A stretch of 64,000 nt of DNA from a bacterium. GTDB taxonomy: Bacteria > Patescibacteriota > Microgenomatia > Daviesbacterales > UBA10151. Every line of letters begins with the position of its first letter. The first letter of the stretch is position 1. Location of the stretch: the NCBI GenBank assembly GCA_021786105.1, contig JAJYNW010000006.1, positions 7,012 through 71,011 of the forward strand, in the 5' to 3' direction. The notes below the pieces were generated by a model, which was not told where the DNA came from, ran no database searches, and was given only the letters and a program-made list of their open reading frames with translations. Positions 54,344 to 63,554 of this stretch are shown piece by piece. The translations under genes were made by a program, and so were the position numbers.

Positions 54344-55360
54344 ATGGATAATTTAGACCCGAAAAATGTGCTTGGTTCAACAGAAATGCTGGCAGATCAA
54401 TGCAAACAAATATGGGAGGATGCAAAGAGTTTAGAGTTTCCGGATTCTTATAAAAATTGCCAGAATATTATCCTTTGCGGAATGGGTGGTTCTGCTTACG
54501 GAGGATATGTAGTTTCTTCGCTTTTTAAAGACAGTTTAAAGGCTTCAATTATTTCAAATAATGATTATGGTCTGCCGGCATTTGCCAATGAAAATTCCCT
54601 AATTTTCCTTTCCAGTTATTCCGGATCAACAGAGGAGGTTTTGTCTTGCGCCCAAAAAGCTCAGGAAAAGAATCTTAAAATCACCGGCACAACGAGCGGG
54701 GGAAAGTTGGGTGACCTCTTTAAAGATGAAGAAGCGCCTGGTTTAATATTTGATCCTAAATTTAACCCATCTGCTCAACCAAGATTAGGAACTGGGTATA
54801 TGGTTTTAGGCTCAATCGGACTGTTAAATAAATTAGGGGTAATTTCTGTTTCGGATGAAGAAGTCTCAAAGGCAATTTCTGAGCTTGAGGAAAATACTGA
54901 AGATATTAAGGCAAAAGCAAAATCCTTGGTGGAAAAGATTAAAGGTTTCATTCCGGTAATAATTTCAGCGGAATTTTTAGCTGGAAATGCCCACATCATG
55001 AGAAACCAGTTTAACGAGACCGCCAAAAGCTTTGCCGCTTATTCTCAGCTTCCGGAATTAAACCATCATTTGATGGAAGGATTAAAAAACCCGGCTGACC
55101 GGAAGTTATTAATGCTGTTTATTGCTTCGGATATGTATTCAGATAAATTAAAGAAAAGGCTGGAATTGACCAAGGATGTGGTCAATAAAAATAACGTAAA
55201 TTATGAAGAGTATGTAGCAGAAGGCAGCTCAAAACTTTCGCAAATGCTCAATGTTTTATCTTTTGGAGGATTCCTGACTTTATACCTGGCTTTCTTATAC
55301 GGTGAGGATCCAAGTTTGATTCCATGGGTGGATTATTTTAAGGAACAGTTGGCAAAATAG
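54344..55360 (+). CDS. Bifunctional phosphoglucose/phosphomannose isomerase (archaeal-type SIS-domain PGI/PMI)
   Basis: SIS motif 'IILCGMGGSAYGG'. ~340 aa, two SIS-like halves. Lies beside zwf and gnd. Confidence 0.6.
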   Translation: MDNLDPKNVLGSTEMLADQCKQIWEDAKSLEFPDSYKNCQNIILCGMGGSAYGGYVVSSLFKDSLKASIISNNDYGLPAFANENSLIFLSSYSGSTEEVLSCAQKAQEKNLKITGTTSGGKLGDLFKDEEAPGLIFDPKFNPSAQPRLGTGYMVLGSIGLLNKLGVISVSDEEVSKAISELEENTEDIKAKAKSLVEKIKGFIPVIISAEFLAGNAHIMRNQFNETAKSFAAYSQLPELNHHLMEGLKNPADRKLLMLFIASDMYSDKLKKRLELTKDVVNKNNVNYEEYVAEGSSKLSQMLNVLSFGGFLTLYLAFLYGEDPSLIPWVDYFKEQLAK

Positions 55361-56338
55361 TTAACGTTGGACAAATAGCACTGCCATGGGAAGACCTCTG
55401 CCGGGGCCTAGTTTGTAGCCGCCGTACCACAAAGCTGTGGAACCGCCCTCATCTAAATTCAAAGCCGAATCCATATTTAAAGCTTTCATAACCTGAGCCG
55501 ATTCACCCATCGTGGCATTGTGAACAAAACCAATATAAACCATATTGCCTTTGGCGGCAATGAATCCCCTAGGGCCTTTTTGGCCGAATTTTGGTTCATT
55601 AGGCGCTTCAGAATAAGCAATGTTACCTCCGGCAACTAAAAGCGGATAATTGGCAATAACGCTGTCTATTCCGGTATCCCGGCCCCACTCCAAACTGCGG
55701 CTGACAAACCTGGCCGAACCCGGGGAGAAAATGGCCGCCGGAATGGTGGAATAAACATTATTATCCGAATTAAAGTAATGCTTGTTTTTGTTCATCAGCA
55801 AAGTATCGAAGGAATTAGTCTTGCCGGCGCAGGAAGGATATTCAGCCGGGCAAAAGAAGGAGCCGTTAATGCCGGCCCAGGCTCCATTCCGGCTGACATA
55901 ATCCGCAAGAGGCAAAATCGGGCAATTATTGGCACAATCAGAATCTGAGGCCGTATCCACAATAACTTTTGTGGAATTCATATCAGCGGCAATAATGGAA
56001 ACCGGGAAGGTTTGGCCATCGGCACTGACGTTTTGATAGGAATAGCCTGAACCAGGAGGGTTATTGTTGGAAACCGGCTGAGGGGCAACGGAGGGTGTGG
56101 GTGTGGCAGTTGATTTAGGGGTGGGAATAGAGGTGGGAGCTGGAGTTGGCGTAGGTAATGAGGTGGGAGTGGTGGTAGGTGAGGGGGTAGAAGTTGGTTG
56201 AGTCACCAGGGAAGCCTGCTTTTTTGTAATATTGGTTATTTTGCCGTGGGTGGATTCATAAATTACCGCAGCTGAGATTACTGCAATTACGATAATTATG
56301 GTAACAGGAATAAATCCTTGTTGATTTAGGAATTTCAT
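55361..56338 (-). CDS. Secreted protein with a PT-linker and a C-terminal phosphodiester-glycosidase-like (DUF2233) domain; tentative
   Basis: N-terminal TM. PT-rich 'PTSTPSPTTTPTSLPTPTPAPTSIPTP'. 'WAGINGSFF' and 'NLDEGGSTALWYGG' resemble DUF2233 motifs. Confidence 0.45.
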   Translation of the reverse strand: MKFLNQQGFIPVTIIIVIAVISAAVIYESTHGKITNITKKQASLVTQPTSTPSPTTTPTSLPTPTPAPTSIPTPKSTATPTPSVAPQPVSNNNPPGSGYSYQNVSADGQTFPVSIIAADMNSTKVIVDTASDSDCANNCPILPLADYVSRNGAWAGINGSFFCPAEYPSCAGKTNSFDTLLMNKNKHYFNSDNNVYSTIPAAIFSPGSARFVSRSLEWGRDTGIDSVIANYPLLVAGGNIAYSEAPNEPKFGQKGPRGFIAAKGNMVYIGFVHNATMGESAQVMKALNMDSALNLDEGGSTALWYGGYKLGPGRGLPMAVLFVQR

Positions 56339-56353
56339 GGACGGTTTCCCCTT

Positions 56354-56421
56354 TGTCATCCCGATGAAAATCGGGATCCACATAATAATTATGTAGATTC
56401 CAGATCAAGTCTGGAATGACA
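56354..56421. repeat. MITE-like element E2 (TGTCATCC..nested hairpins..GGAATGACA) overlapping the 3' end of gmk
   Basis: Hairpins tcccgat-gaaa-atcggga, atccacataat/attatgtagat and ttccaga-tcaag-tctggaa. Termini match E1. The last ~10 gmk codons ('..SCHSRLDLEST') are read from the element. Confidence 0.5.
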
Positions 56422-57018
56422 GCTGGCTTTCGAATGGTGATTCTGTATAACTTCGGCAATTTGATCAACTGTTTCATCCAGTCTTCCGGGAACGTTTTCT
56501 ATCACAAAATCATAGCAATTCTGGTATTCCTGCCAAAACTCCCGATCTTCCTGCATTCTTTTCCTGATTTCCTCTTCAGTCAGCCCGCGTTTATTCAATC
56601 TGTCTAAAATCACGTTGTCATCAACCGTCAGATATATGACTAGAGTTCTTTTTAATAAATCCTCAGCTAATTCCGGTGGAAAAGAATTCTTAATAAATTG
56701 CCTGATTTGACCGGCCCGGGAAGGATCAATCCGCCAAATCAAATCCTGATCTAAACTATCGGTAATTTGTGCTTTTTCGGTACCGTATAAATTTCCACCG
56801 TATTCCACCCATTCAATAAAATCCCCTTTTTCGGCTTTTTGCTTAAAATCAGCCTTGGAAATAAAATTATAATCTACCCCGTTTGCTTCACCGTTTCTCA
56901 GTGTTCTGGAGGTGGTGGTAACTACTCTTTTGAACTGCGGAAAACGGGCCAAAAGCTTAGCCATAATGGTGTCCTTACCTGAAGCTGTTTTTCCGGTCAA
57001 TACGATTAGTTTGCTCAT
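56389..57018 (-). CDS. gmk: Guanylate kinase
   Basis: 'IVLTGKTASGKDTI' P-loop. 'TTTSRTLRNGEANGVDYNFIS', 'FIEWVEYGGNLYGT'. Confidence 0.8.
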   Translation of the reverse strand: MSKLIVLTGKTASGKDTIMAKLLARFPQFKRVVTTTSRTLRNGEANGVDYNFISKADFKQKAEKGDFIEWVEYGGNLYGTEKAQITDSLDQDLIWRIDPSRAGQIRQFIKNSFPPELAEDLLKRTLVIYLTVDDNVILDRLNKRGLTEEEIRKRMQEDREFWQEYQNCYDFVIENVPGRLDETVDQIAEVIQNHHSKASCHSRLDLEST

Positions 57019-57022
57019 GCGT

Positions 57023-57388
57023 TCAAACCGCTTCCTTGTCAAACGAAATTACTTTTTCCAGCGAGTGGTTTTTATAAATGATTTTGCGGTGTTTTTTAGG
57101 AAGAGTTAATCCGTGAATAATGGTGCCTAAAAGAACGCCCTTGGTAACAATATAGTCCATTACCCCCAATGATACAAAAAAAGAAACCAGCAGAATAATA
57201 GAAAAATATATCCAGTGGTGCAAATGAATAACTCTGCCAAATACTTTAATCCTTAGCACCGGGAAAACCTGGACCCTTTTGGTTTTAATATTAGGCATTT
57301 TTTTTCTGATTCTGGATGTAGGATGAGTTAAAGTTCTGGAGGCTAAGTATCCTAAGGCCGTGGCCGGTATGAGTGATAAGTATTCCAT
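57023..57388 (-). CDS. Small membrane hypothetical protein
   Basis: Two hydrophobic segments. Start uncertain (possibly the internal Met at 57298). Confidence 0.3.
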   Translation of the reverse strand: MEYLSLIPATALGYLASRTLTHPTSRIRKKMPNIKTKRVQVFPVLRIKVFGRVIHLHHWIYFSIILLVSFFVSLGVMDYIVTKGVLLGTIIHGLTLPKKHRKIIYKNHSLEKVISFDKEAV

Positions 57389-57679
57389 GTCTAACCAATT
57401 TCCATTGTATTAGAACCAGCCTGGAAATGCAAATATATCCATGATATAATCGTCGCATGAGCCAATTACAGGATATCCTAATTGCTCTGATAGCTATAGA
57501 GTTCCTCATTATTGCTTCCTGTATTTTGATTGTCACTTATTTTTTTGTAAAAACATTAAGATCTGTTTCTGAGACTTCCAAGAGTATAAACGAAAAGCTT
57601 CAAATGAAGTTTGTAGCTTTTATTCCGGCATTATTGGTAGCACTTATTGGCAGAATATTCAAAAAGAGGGGGTGATTTT

Positions 57680-57931
57680 ATGGCACAAGATGATAAGGGT
57701 AATGCTTTGGCAGCCGGAGTAGCCGGAGCAGTGATTGGTGCAGCTGCCGCAGCTGCAGCAATTGCTTTGGCAGATGAAAAAAATCGGAAAAAAGCAGAGC
57801 AAGTTTTGGCTGATTTACAAAAACAAGGCAATAAAGTTTTGAAAGAAATTTCTAAGAAAGCTTTGGAAATTAAAGATGCAGTTTCTAAAACATCTGAAGA
57901 AGCTCCAAAAAAAGCAGCGGCAAAGAAATAA
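57680..57931 (+). CDS. Small protein with a Gly/Ala-zipper TM segment and a Lys-rich helical tail (YtxH/DUF948-like shape)
   Basis: AGAGGGGGTG RBS. 'AAGVAGAVIGAAAAAAAIALA' followed by a charged, helix-prone tail. Confidence 0.4.
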   Translation: MAQDDKGNALAAGVAGAVIGAAAAAAAIALADEKNRKKAEQVLADLQKQGNKVLKEISKKALEIKDAVSKTSEEAPKKAAAKK

Positions 57932-57976
57932 AATTATTGCTTAAAAGTCCATAATTATGCTAGACTCCTGAACATT

Positions 57977-60346
57977 ATGGCGGTTGCACCGGAGAAAATA
58001 AAAGAGACACCTGTGGGTAAGAAAATAGTTAGTGATTTTGATGGTGTTTGGGTAGATAGAGGTCTAGCTAAAATAGGTACATATTTTAAAGAACAACTTG
58101 AAGAACGATTTGGCAAGAAGGCTGATTCAATACAAGATTTAAGCGTGATTCCGGATATGGATCACACCCCGATAAATCGCCCTGCTAGGGGTTTAAAGGG
58201 TAAAATTTCTTTCCTTCATCATTCAAGAAGAAAACCAACTGAGTTTGCGGGTATGCTTAAAGAAGAAGGTGAAAAAGGAGCGTGGATACATATTGCTTCG
58301 GGCAGGCCAGCCACCACGGAATATTATGGCGTCACCGTTGACCAAGCGGATCGAGCCGGAATCCCGTATGTAGATATTTCTCATACTCCTGTTACTTCTA
58401 AAAAAGATAAAGCAAATAGGATCAATAGTATTCTCAGTAAAGCGCATGTTATCGAATCGGTAAATACTGATGAAGTTTGGGAAGATGATCGAAAAAGTGC
58501 CAAAAGTTTTGCTGTCAGGTTCCCCGCCAAAGTTAAATATTTTGATTATGGTTATCCAATAGAGCCGGAATTTTTAGCCCAACATCCAAATTTGGAAGTT
58601 GTTTCTGTTAAAGAATTACGAAAAAGAAAGAAAGCAGAAAAATCAGCTCCTGGTGTTTCTGAAACAAGAAATGCCTGGATTCGGGAAAAAACTGCTGGTG
58701 GAATTCACAACTTTATGCTGTCTGTGCATAAATATACGCGCTGGCTTACCCCCACTCATCTAAATATTTTAGGGTTTATGGAGGTGGCTGCTGGAGCTGC
58801 CATTGCAGCTAGCCGTGATCCAAATGAACCTGGTGGTGAGAAAGTTAAAACTGCTGAAGCTGCCGTATTAATTGCTAAAGGTTCAATTTTAGACGCAGGC
58901 GATGGTTCCTTGGCTAGAATTATGGAAGCTGAGGATCCGAATAGCATTGATTCCAAAAGAGGGCCTTATTATGATGCTTTAAGCGATAGAGGCCAAGAGA
59001 AAGCCTTAGCCAAAAGTAGGGAAAAACAAGCTAATGAAAGAGGAGGATTGGTTGGTTCGCTAGGTAAAGTAGCCGCTTTTGGTACTGATATTACTAATCC
59101 ATTTACCAGTTTAACCAGAGCATTTGCGGAACATCGGGGTAAAGTAGTGCCAGAGAGCGGTAGGGGGATATTTGGTGCAGTAGGGACGCGGCCTGGCCGA
59201 GCATTAATTGGCGGTATTGCGACTTTATGGCCTGAGCCAAAGGGTATACCTTTGCAACTGACGGCTGATGTTTTAATGACAACTTCAAATCTAGTAACAA
59301 CTGTGGATCGTCTAAGAATAGCTTTTTCTAAAGAAGAAGGAACCTTATCAAAAGAAGCGAGAGATAATGCAAGAACTAGATTAACAGTTTTGGGGATTTC
59401 TACCGCTGTTTCTTTAGCTGATTCGTTGTTTACTTATTGGAGAATGCATAAGGATGATCCAAAGCCCCCGGAAATGAAGCCTGTAAGTAGCTTTACGTAT
59501 GTTAGGGTCCTAAACGCTATTGAACGATACTGTAGCGAAGAGGGTTTAGAGCATCGATTTGTAGGAGGAACAGTGACGGACTGGATTGGTCCACAAACAG
59601 AGTTTAACATTGACGTTTCCAAAAAAAGAGTAACCTTAAAAAAACCAAATGTTCCAGTTCCTGTAAGGTCAGACGGGAGCGTAAAAGATATTGACCTAAT
59701 TGTTTTCAATGCTAATGAAGAAAGAATGACAAGAGCAAGAGAAACGTTTGCCAGATGGAAAGTTGTATATGAAAACAGCGGAGTTATTATTCCGCAAATT
59801 TCTATAGAGGCAGCAAAACAGCCGGATGGAGAAAAACGCAGTCGGATTAAACAATTTGTAATTGCCTGGGAAATGGATAAGAAAGGAGCTCCTCATTTAG
59901 TTTTTGGAAAAGTAGATCAGGAAATAAAACGGGCTTCAATTGCGCCTTGGAAACTAGATACAGGCAATGGTACCAATCTAACTATTTTAAACCCAGTTGG
60001 ACAAGCACTTTGTTATGAGCTAAGGGTTCCTTCCGGCTATAAGCCAAAGGATCTAGAGGAAATCGGTACTTATAATGATTGGGTTATCCGATCACCCTAC
60101 AGCAAAATAGATCTTATTAATAATTTAGCTAATCAGACTATTGAGGAAGGGTTACGAAGAGGAGTTGATTACAATGAGATTTTCCGTGAATGGAGAAATT
60201 ATATTCACAATGTTTCCCATAATGTTGATACCTTAACTAATATCAAAAGGTCAATTATTGGTGTATATTGGAAAACTATCGGTACCCAGGTAGCTCATGG
60301 TAAAGTGCTGGGGCTTGCCAAATTTAGTGACAGATTAACAGGTTAA
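57977..60346 (+). CDS. Large hypothetical protein (789 aa) with a CDP-alcohol-phosphotransferase-like 'DAGDGSLAR..G..D..D' motif and a 'GSVKDIDLIVF' nucleotidyltransferase-like motif
   Basis: No confident family assignment. The motifs are noted from sequence only. Confidence 0.5.
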   Translation: MAVAPEKIKETPVGKKIVSDFDGVWVDRGLAKIGTYFKEQLEERFGKKADSIQDLSVIPDMDHTPINRPARGLKGKISFLHHSRRKPTEFAGMLKEEGEKGAWIHIASGRPATTEYYGVTVDQADRAGIPYVDISHTPVTSKKDKANRINSILSKAHVIESVNTDEVWEDDRKSAKSFAVRFPAKVKYFDYGYPIEPEFLAQHPNLEVVSVKELRKRKKAEKSAPGVSETRNAWIREKTAGGIHNFMLSVHKYTRWLTPTHLNILGFMEVAAGAAIAASRDPNEPGGEKVKTAEAAVLIAKGSILDAGDGSLARIMEAEDPNSIDSKRGPYYDALSDRGQEKALAKSREKQANERGGLVGSLGKVAAFGTDITNPFTSLTRAFAEHRGKVVPESGRGIFGAVGTRPGRALIGGIATLWPEPKGIPLQLTADVLMTTSNLVTTVDRLRIAFSKEEGTLSKEARDNARTRLTVLGISTAVSLADSLFTYWRMHKDDPKPPEMKPVSSFTYVRVLNAIERYCSEEGLEHRFVGGTVTDWIGPQTEFNIDVSKKRVTLKKPNVPVPVRSDGSVKDIDLIVFNANEERMTRARETFARWKVVYENSGVIIPQISIEAAKQPDGEKRSRIKQFVIAWEMDKKGAPHLVFGKVDQEIKRASIAPWKLDTGNGTNLTILNPVGQALCYELRVPSGYKPKDLEEIGTYNDWVIRSPYSKIDLINNLANQTIEEGLRRGVDYNEIFREWRNYIHNVSHNVDTLTNIKRSIIGVYWKTIGTQVAHGKVLGLAKFSDRLTG

Positions 60347-60417
60347 TAAACTTCAATTTATTTGTTATACTATCTAAAATAGTTGCAAATAGTATTAAAA
60401 ACTTTAAATTCCTGGAT

Positions 60418-61054
60418 GTGGTAACGGCCTTTTTTGTGGCAGTTTTAATCATTTCCAATATTGCCTCTTCCAAAATCACCCAAATCGGGCCAATGTCTTT
60501 GGATGGAGGTACCATTCTTTTTCCCTTAACTTATATTTTTGGCGATATTTTGACTGAGGTGTATGGTTTTAAAAAAGCCCGGAAAGTGATTTGGCTGGGG
60601 GTATTTGCCAATGTATTAATGGCTTTAACTTTTGCCATAGTCGGCCTTTTACCCTCGGCCCCGGATTGGCCTAACCAGGCCGCCTACCTGGTTATTTTAG
60701 GCATGACCCCCCCGAATCGTGCTGGCCAGCATTACGGCTTATTTTATGGGGGAATATTCTAATTCCGTAGTCTTATCCAAAATGAAAATTATTACAAAAG
60801 GCAAATGGTTATGGACCAGAACGATTGGTTCTACGGTGGTAGGGGAGCTGGTGGATTCCTTAATCTTTGTGACAATTGCTTTTTTGGGAGTTTTGCCTAC
60901 TGAGCTGATTATTCCGCTGATTATTTCCAATTATTTGTTTAAAACCGGGGTGGAAGTTTTATTTACCCCGATTACTTATAAAGTGGTGAATTTTTTGAAA
61001 AAAGCAGAACAGGAAGATTACTACGATATCAACGTGGCCTATACCCCGGTTTAA
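60418..61054 (+). CDS. yhhQ: YhhQ/DUF165-family (queuosine-precursor / vitamin-uptake-like) transporter, split by a frameshift in a C7 homopolymer (60707-60713)
   Basis: ORFs 60418..60762 and 60719..61054 together encode 'FPLTYIFGDILTEVYGFKKARKVIW..GMTP(P)RIVLASITAYFMGEYSNSVVL..'. Removing one C restores a single frame. Confidence 0.7.
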
Positions 61055-61117
61055 AATATCTTGTAAACTTTTTCAAAAGACCATAAAATTGGTTTAGGAG
61101 TCTGTAGCAATTAGATT

Positions 61118-61624
61118 GTGAAAAAAGCTGCCCAGGGATTTACTCTAACAGAACTTTTGGTAGTTCTGGCGATTGTGGTGATTTTTGTCGCCATAGTTTT
61201 AGTGGTTATTAATCCTTTTGAAGTTATGAAAAAAGGCCGGGATAGCACCAGGATGTCTGATTTGGATAATTTACAAAAAGCGATTATTGTGGCTTTGTCA
61301 AACTCTACAGATACAGCCGCCACGCTTTGTCATAATTCAGCCGTTCCTTGTACCGATTCATCCCTTAGCTTGGGAGCAAGAAATAATGATAGTACGGGGT
61401 GGGTTAAAGTTGACTTTACCGGGCAATTAACGCTAAGTATTTCTACTTTACCGGTTGATCCGATAAATAATCCGACTTACCACTATACTTATTATTCAGA
61501 TGGTGTAAGTTTTGAGTTAAATGCAGTATTGGAATCCAGTAAGCAGAGATTTACAATGGCGCAAGACGGGGGAGATAATAATAATGTTTATGAGGTGGGT
61601 ACAGATTTAGCTTTACTTCATTAA
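61118..61624 (+). CDS. Type IV pilin / pseudopilin-like protein (prepilin-type N-terminal cleavage and methylation motif)
   Basis: 'KKAAQGFTLTELLVVLAIVVIFVAIV' is a G^FTLxE class III signal. Confidence 0.85.
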   Translation: MKKAAQGFTLTELLVVLAIVVIFVAIVLVVINPFEVMKKGRDSTRMSDLDNLQKAIIVALSNSTDTAATLCHNSAVPCTDSSLSLGARNNDSTGWVKVDFTGQLTLSISTLPVDPINNPTYHYTYYSDGVSFELNAVLESSKQRFTMAQDGGDNNNVYEVGTDLALLH

Positions 61625-61683
61625 ATTTCTTTTCTTTTTGCCTTTTCTAGGCATGAAGGATTAGCTGATATAATATTTATTCT

Positions 61684-61980
61684 ATGGCCGCTAAATACCT
61701 GTTAATTTTTCAGCAGATGCTAAAAGAAAACGAAGAATTATTGTCCAATTTTAAATTGCTTCACGATAAATATGAGGCTGACCCAAATACTTATCAGGAC
61801 CAATACAACAAAGAAGGTGAGGCAATTTTAGAGCTTATTCAAAGATATGAAAATATGCTTACTTCCCATACTGAAAATTCCGGATATGGCAAATATGCTG
61901 TTAACTTATCAGATAAATTCCATTCTGCCGTAAAATCACTCTTCCCAAAAATAGATTTTATCGGAATTCAAAGGGGTTAA
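61684..61980 (+). CDS. Hypothetical protein
   Basis: 98-aa ORF, no motif recognised. Confidence 0.35.
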   Translation: MAAKYLLIFQQMLKENEELLSNFKLLHDKYEADPNTYQDQYNKEGEAILELIQRYENMLTSHTENSGYGKYAVNLSDKFHSAVKSLFPKIDFIGIQRG

Positions 61981-61997
61981 ATAAGCAAAATAATCAA

Positions 61998-62666
61998 ATG
62001 AATCGGCTACAACGGCGAAAGTATTTATTCCTGATGTCTTTTCTTTTCGCAGCTTTCATATTAACCACTATTCTTGTAATAAACGGATCATTTTTGCAGT
62101 TGGATCACTATATTGACCAAATGCTGCCATACTCTACAAACAATGGTTTGTATTATGCTTCAAGGTTTATTGCTAACCTTTATTTTCCGCTCCTGATTGC
62201 CGTAGCTGTCCTTTTGTGGAATTTTATACGGAAAAAACAGAAATTTGAGGTTTTAATGCTCCTGGTCAGCTTTTCAGGTTTAGTAGTTGTCGAGTTGTTA
62301 TTAAAACCGATTTTTCATATTCCATGCCCTTCTACCTATTATGCTAATGTTATAGCCGGGCAGGAGTTATTTAAGATACCATTATTACAACAAGCTGCGC
62401 TTTATGAAACTTGTTATCCTTCCGGGCACACTGCATTTTATGTCGTATCTTTTGGTTATTTAATATTTCCTGCCTATATTTTTATAAAGAGAACTTGGTT
62501 AAAACGCATTATTATTATACTGCTGGCACTGGTTATTTTGTTAGTTGGGCCTTCCCGTGTTTACCTGCACGTACATTGGTTGTCTGATGTAGTAGCGTCA
62601 TACTTCTTAGGTTTTGCAATACTAATCCTTTTGATAGTACTCCGTAAGAATTATATAAAAAGCTAA
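61998..62666 (+). CDS. PAP2-family membrane phosphatase
   Basis: 'YPSGHTAFY' and 'SRVYLHVHWLSDV' are PAP2 motifs II and III. Confidence 0.75.
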   Translation: MNRLQRRKYLFLMSFLFAAFILTTILVINGSFLQLDHYIDQMLPYSTNNGLYYASRFIANLYFPLLIAVAVLLWNFIRKKQKFEVLMLLVSFSGLVVVELLLKPIFHIPCPSTYYANVIAGQELFKIPLLQQAALYETCYPSGHTAFYVVSFGYLIFPAYIFIKRTWLKRIIIILLALVILLVGPSRVYLHVHWLSDVVASYFLGFAILILLIVLRKNYIKS

Positions 62667-62800
62667 CTATATTAAACTCATAAGGGTGGGTGGGCAGACT
62701 TTAGAGCGATTAGCTTGCAAGGTTTCCTTACTTCGTACCCAGCTACAGTCATTTGAGCCAATTTATATGATTCCTAACTATGATATAGTTTAGTTAATTT

Positions 62801-63373
62801 ATGGTTATCTTCATCGATGAATCTGGTACTCATAAGCAAGTAGATCATACTACCATAGCCTTAGTCTATGTAGAAATAGCCAATCTGGAAGAATTTGAGA
62901 AAGCAGTAGAAAAGATTGAGGAAAAGTTAAGTATCAAACACTTTCATTGGACAGATGAAAAATGGGAGAAAAGGGGAAAGTTTATTGAGCAAATTTTGAA
63001 ACTGGATTTTTTTGTTAAAGTAGCCATACTAAAAAACCCAATTAAACTTGCTGAAAGCCTAGAAGAAGCCTTAAGACATCTTGTGGTTGAAGAGAATATA
63101 AAGAAAATTATGCTTGATGGTAGAAAACCAAGATGGTATAACCAAAAGCTGAAAAAAGTATTAAGAGATAAGGGTGTATCTGTTAAAAAGATTGTTACTG
63201 TCAGAAAAGATGAATCTAGTCCTGGGATAAGAGTATCTGATTGTTTAGCAGGGTTAATTAGAAGTAATTACGATAATCCCGATTCACAAGCTTCTAGGTG
63301 GTATGACAGGATGAAAAATGCAGAGAAGATTAGACTTGAGATTACTACTTATCCACAAAAAAGCCTCGCTTAA
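62801..63373 (+). CDS. DUF3800-family protein; paralog of 6746..7303
   Basis: 'MVIFIDESGTHKQ'. Colinear with the first copy along its whole length. Confidence 0.6.
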   Translation: MVIFIDESGTHKQVDHTTIALVYVEIANLEEFEKAVEKIEEKLSIKHFHWTDEKWEKRGKFIEQILKLDFFVKVAILKNPIKLAESLEEALRHLVVEENIKKIMLDGRKPRWYNQKLKKVLRDKGVSVKKIVTVRKDESSPGIRVSDCLAGLIRSNYDNPDSQASRWYDRMKNAEKIRLEITTYPQKSLA

Positions 63374-63384
63374 AGCGAGGCCAG
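63361..63384. terminator. Hairpin gcctcgc-ttaaa-gcgaggc directly after the DUF3800 paralog, with an A-tract on the plus-strand 5' side
   Basis: Same geometry as the hairpin after the first DUF3800 copy (7334..7357). Confidence 0.45.
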
Positions 63385-63554
63385 TTGTACAGGTAGTACT
63401 AATTTCTTAGAACTCGGCGGCTCACCGTCCTTTGTCCCTGCCAACTTGTTGTAAATGTATTATATCACAATCTGTATTAAAAACTCATCTCAAAATCAAA
63501 ACACCCATAAACTAAGGTTTAATGAGAAAATAAGTCTGGTATAATTTTCCAAGA

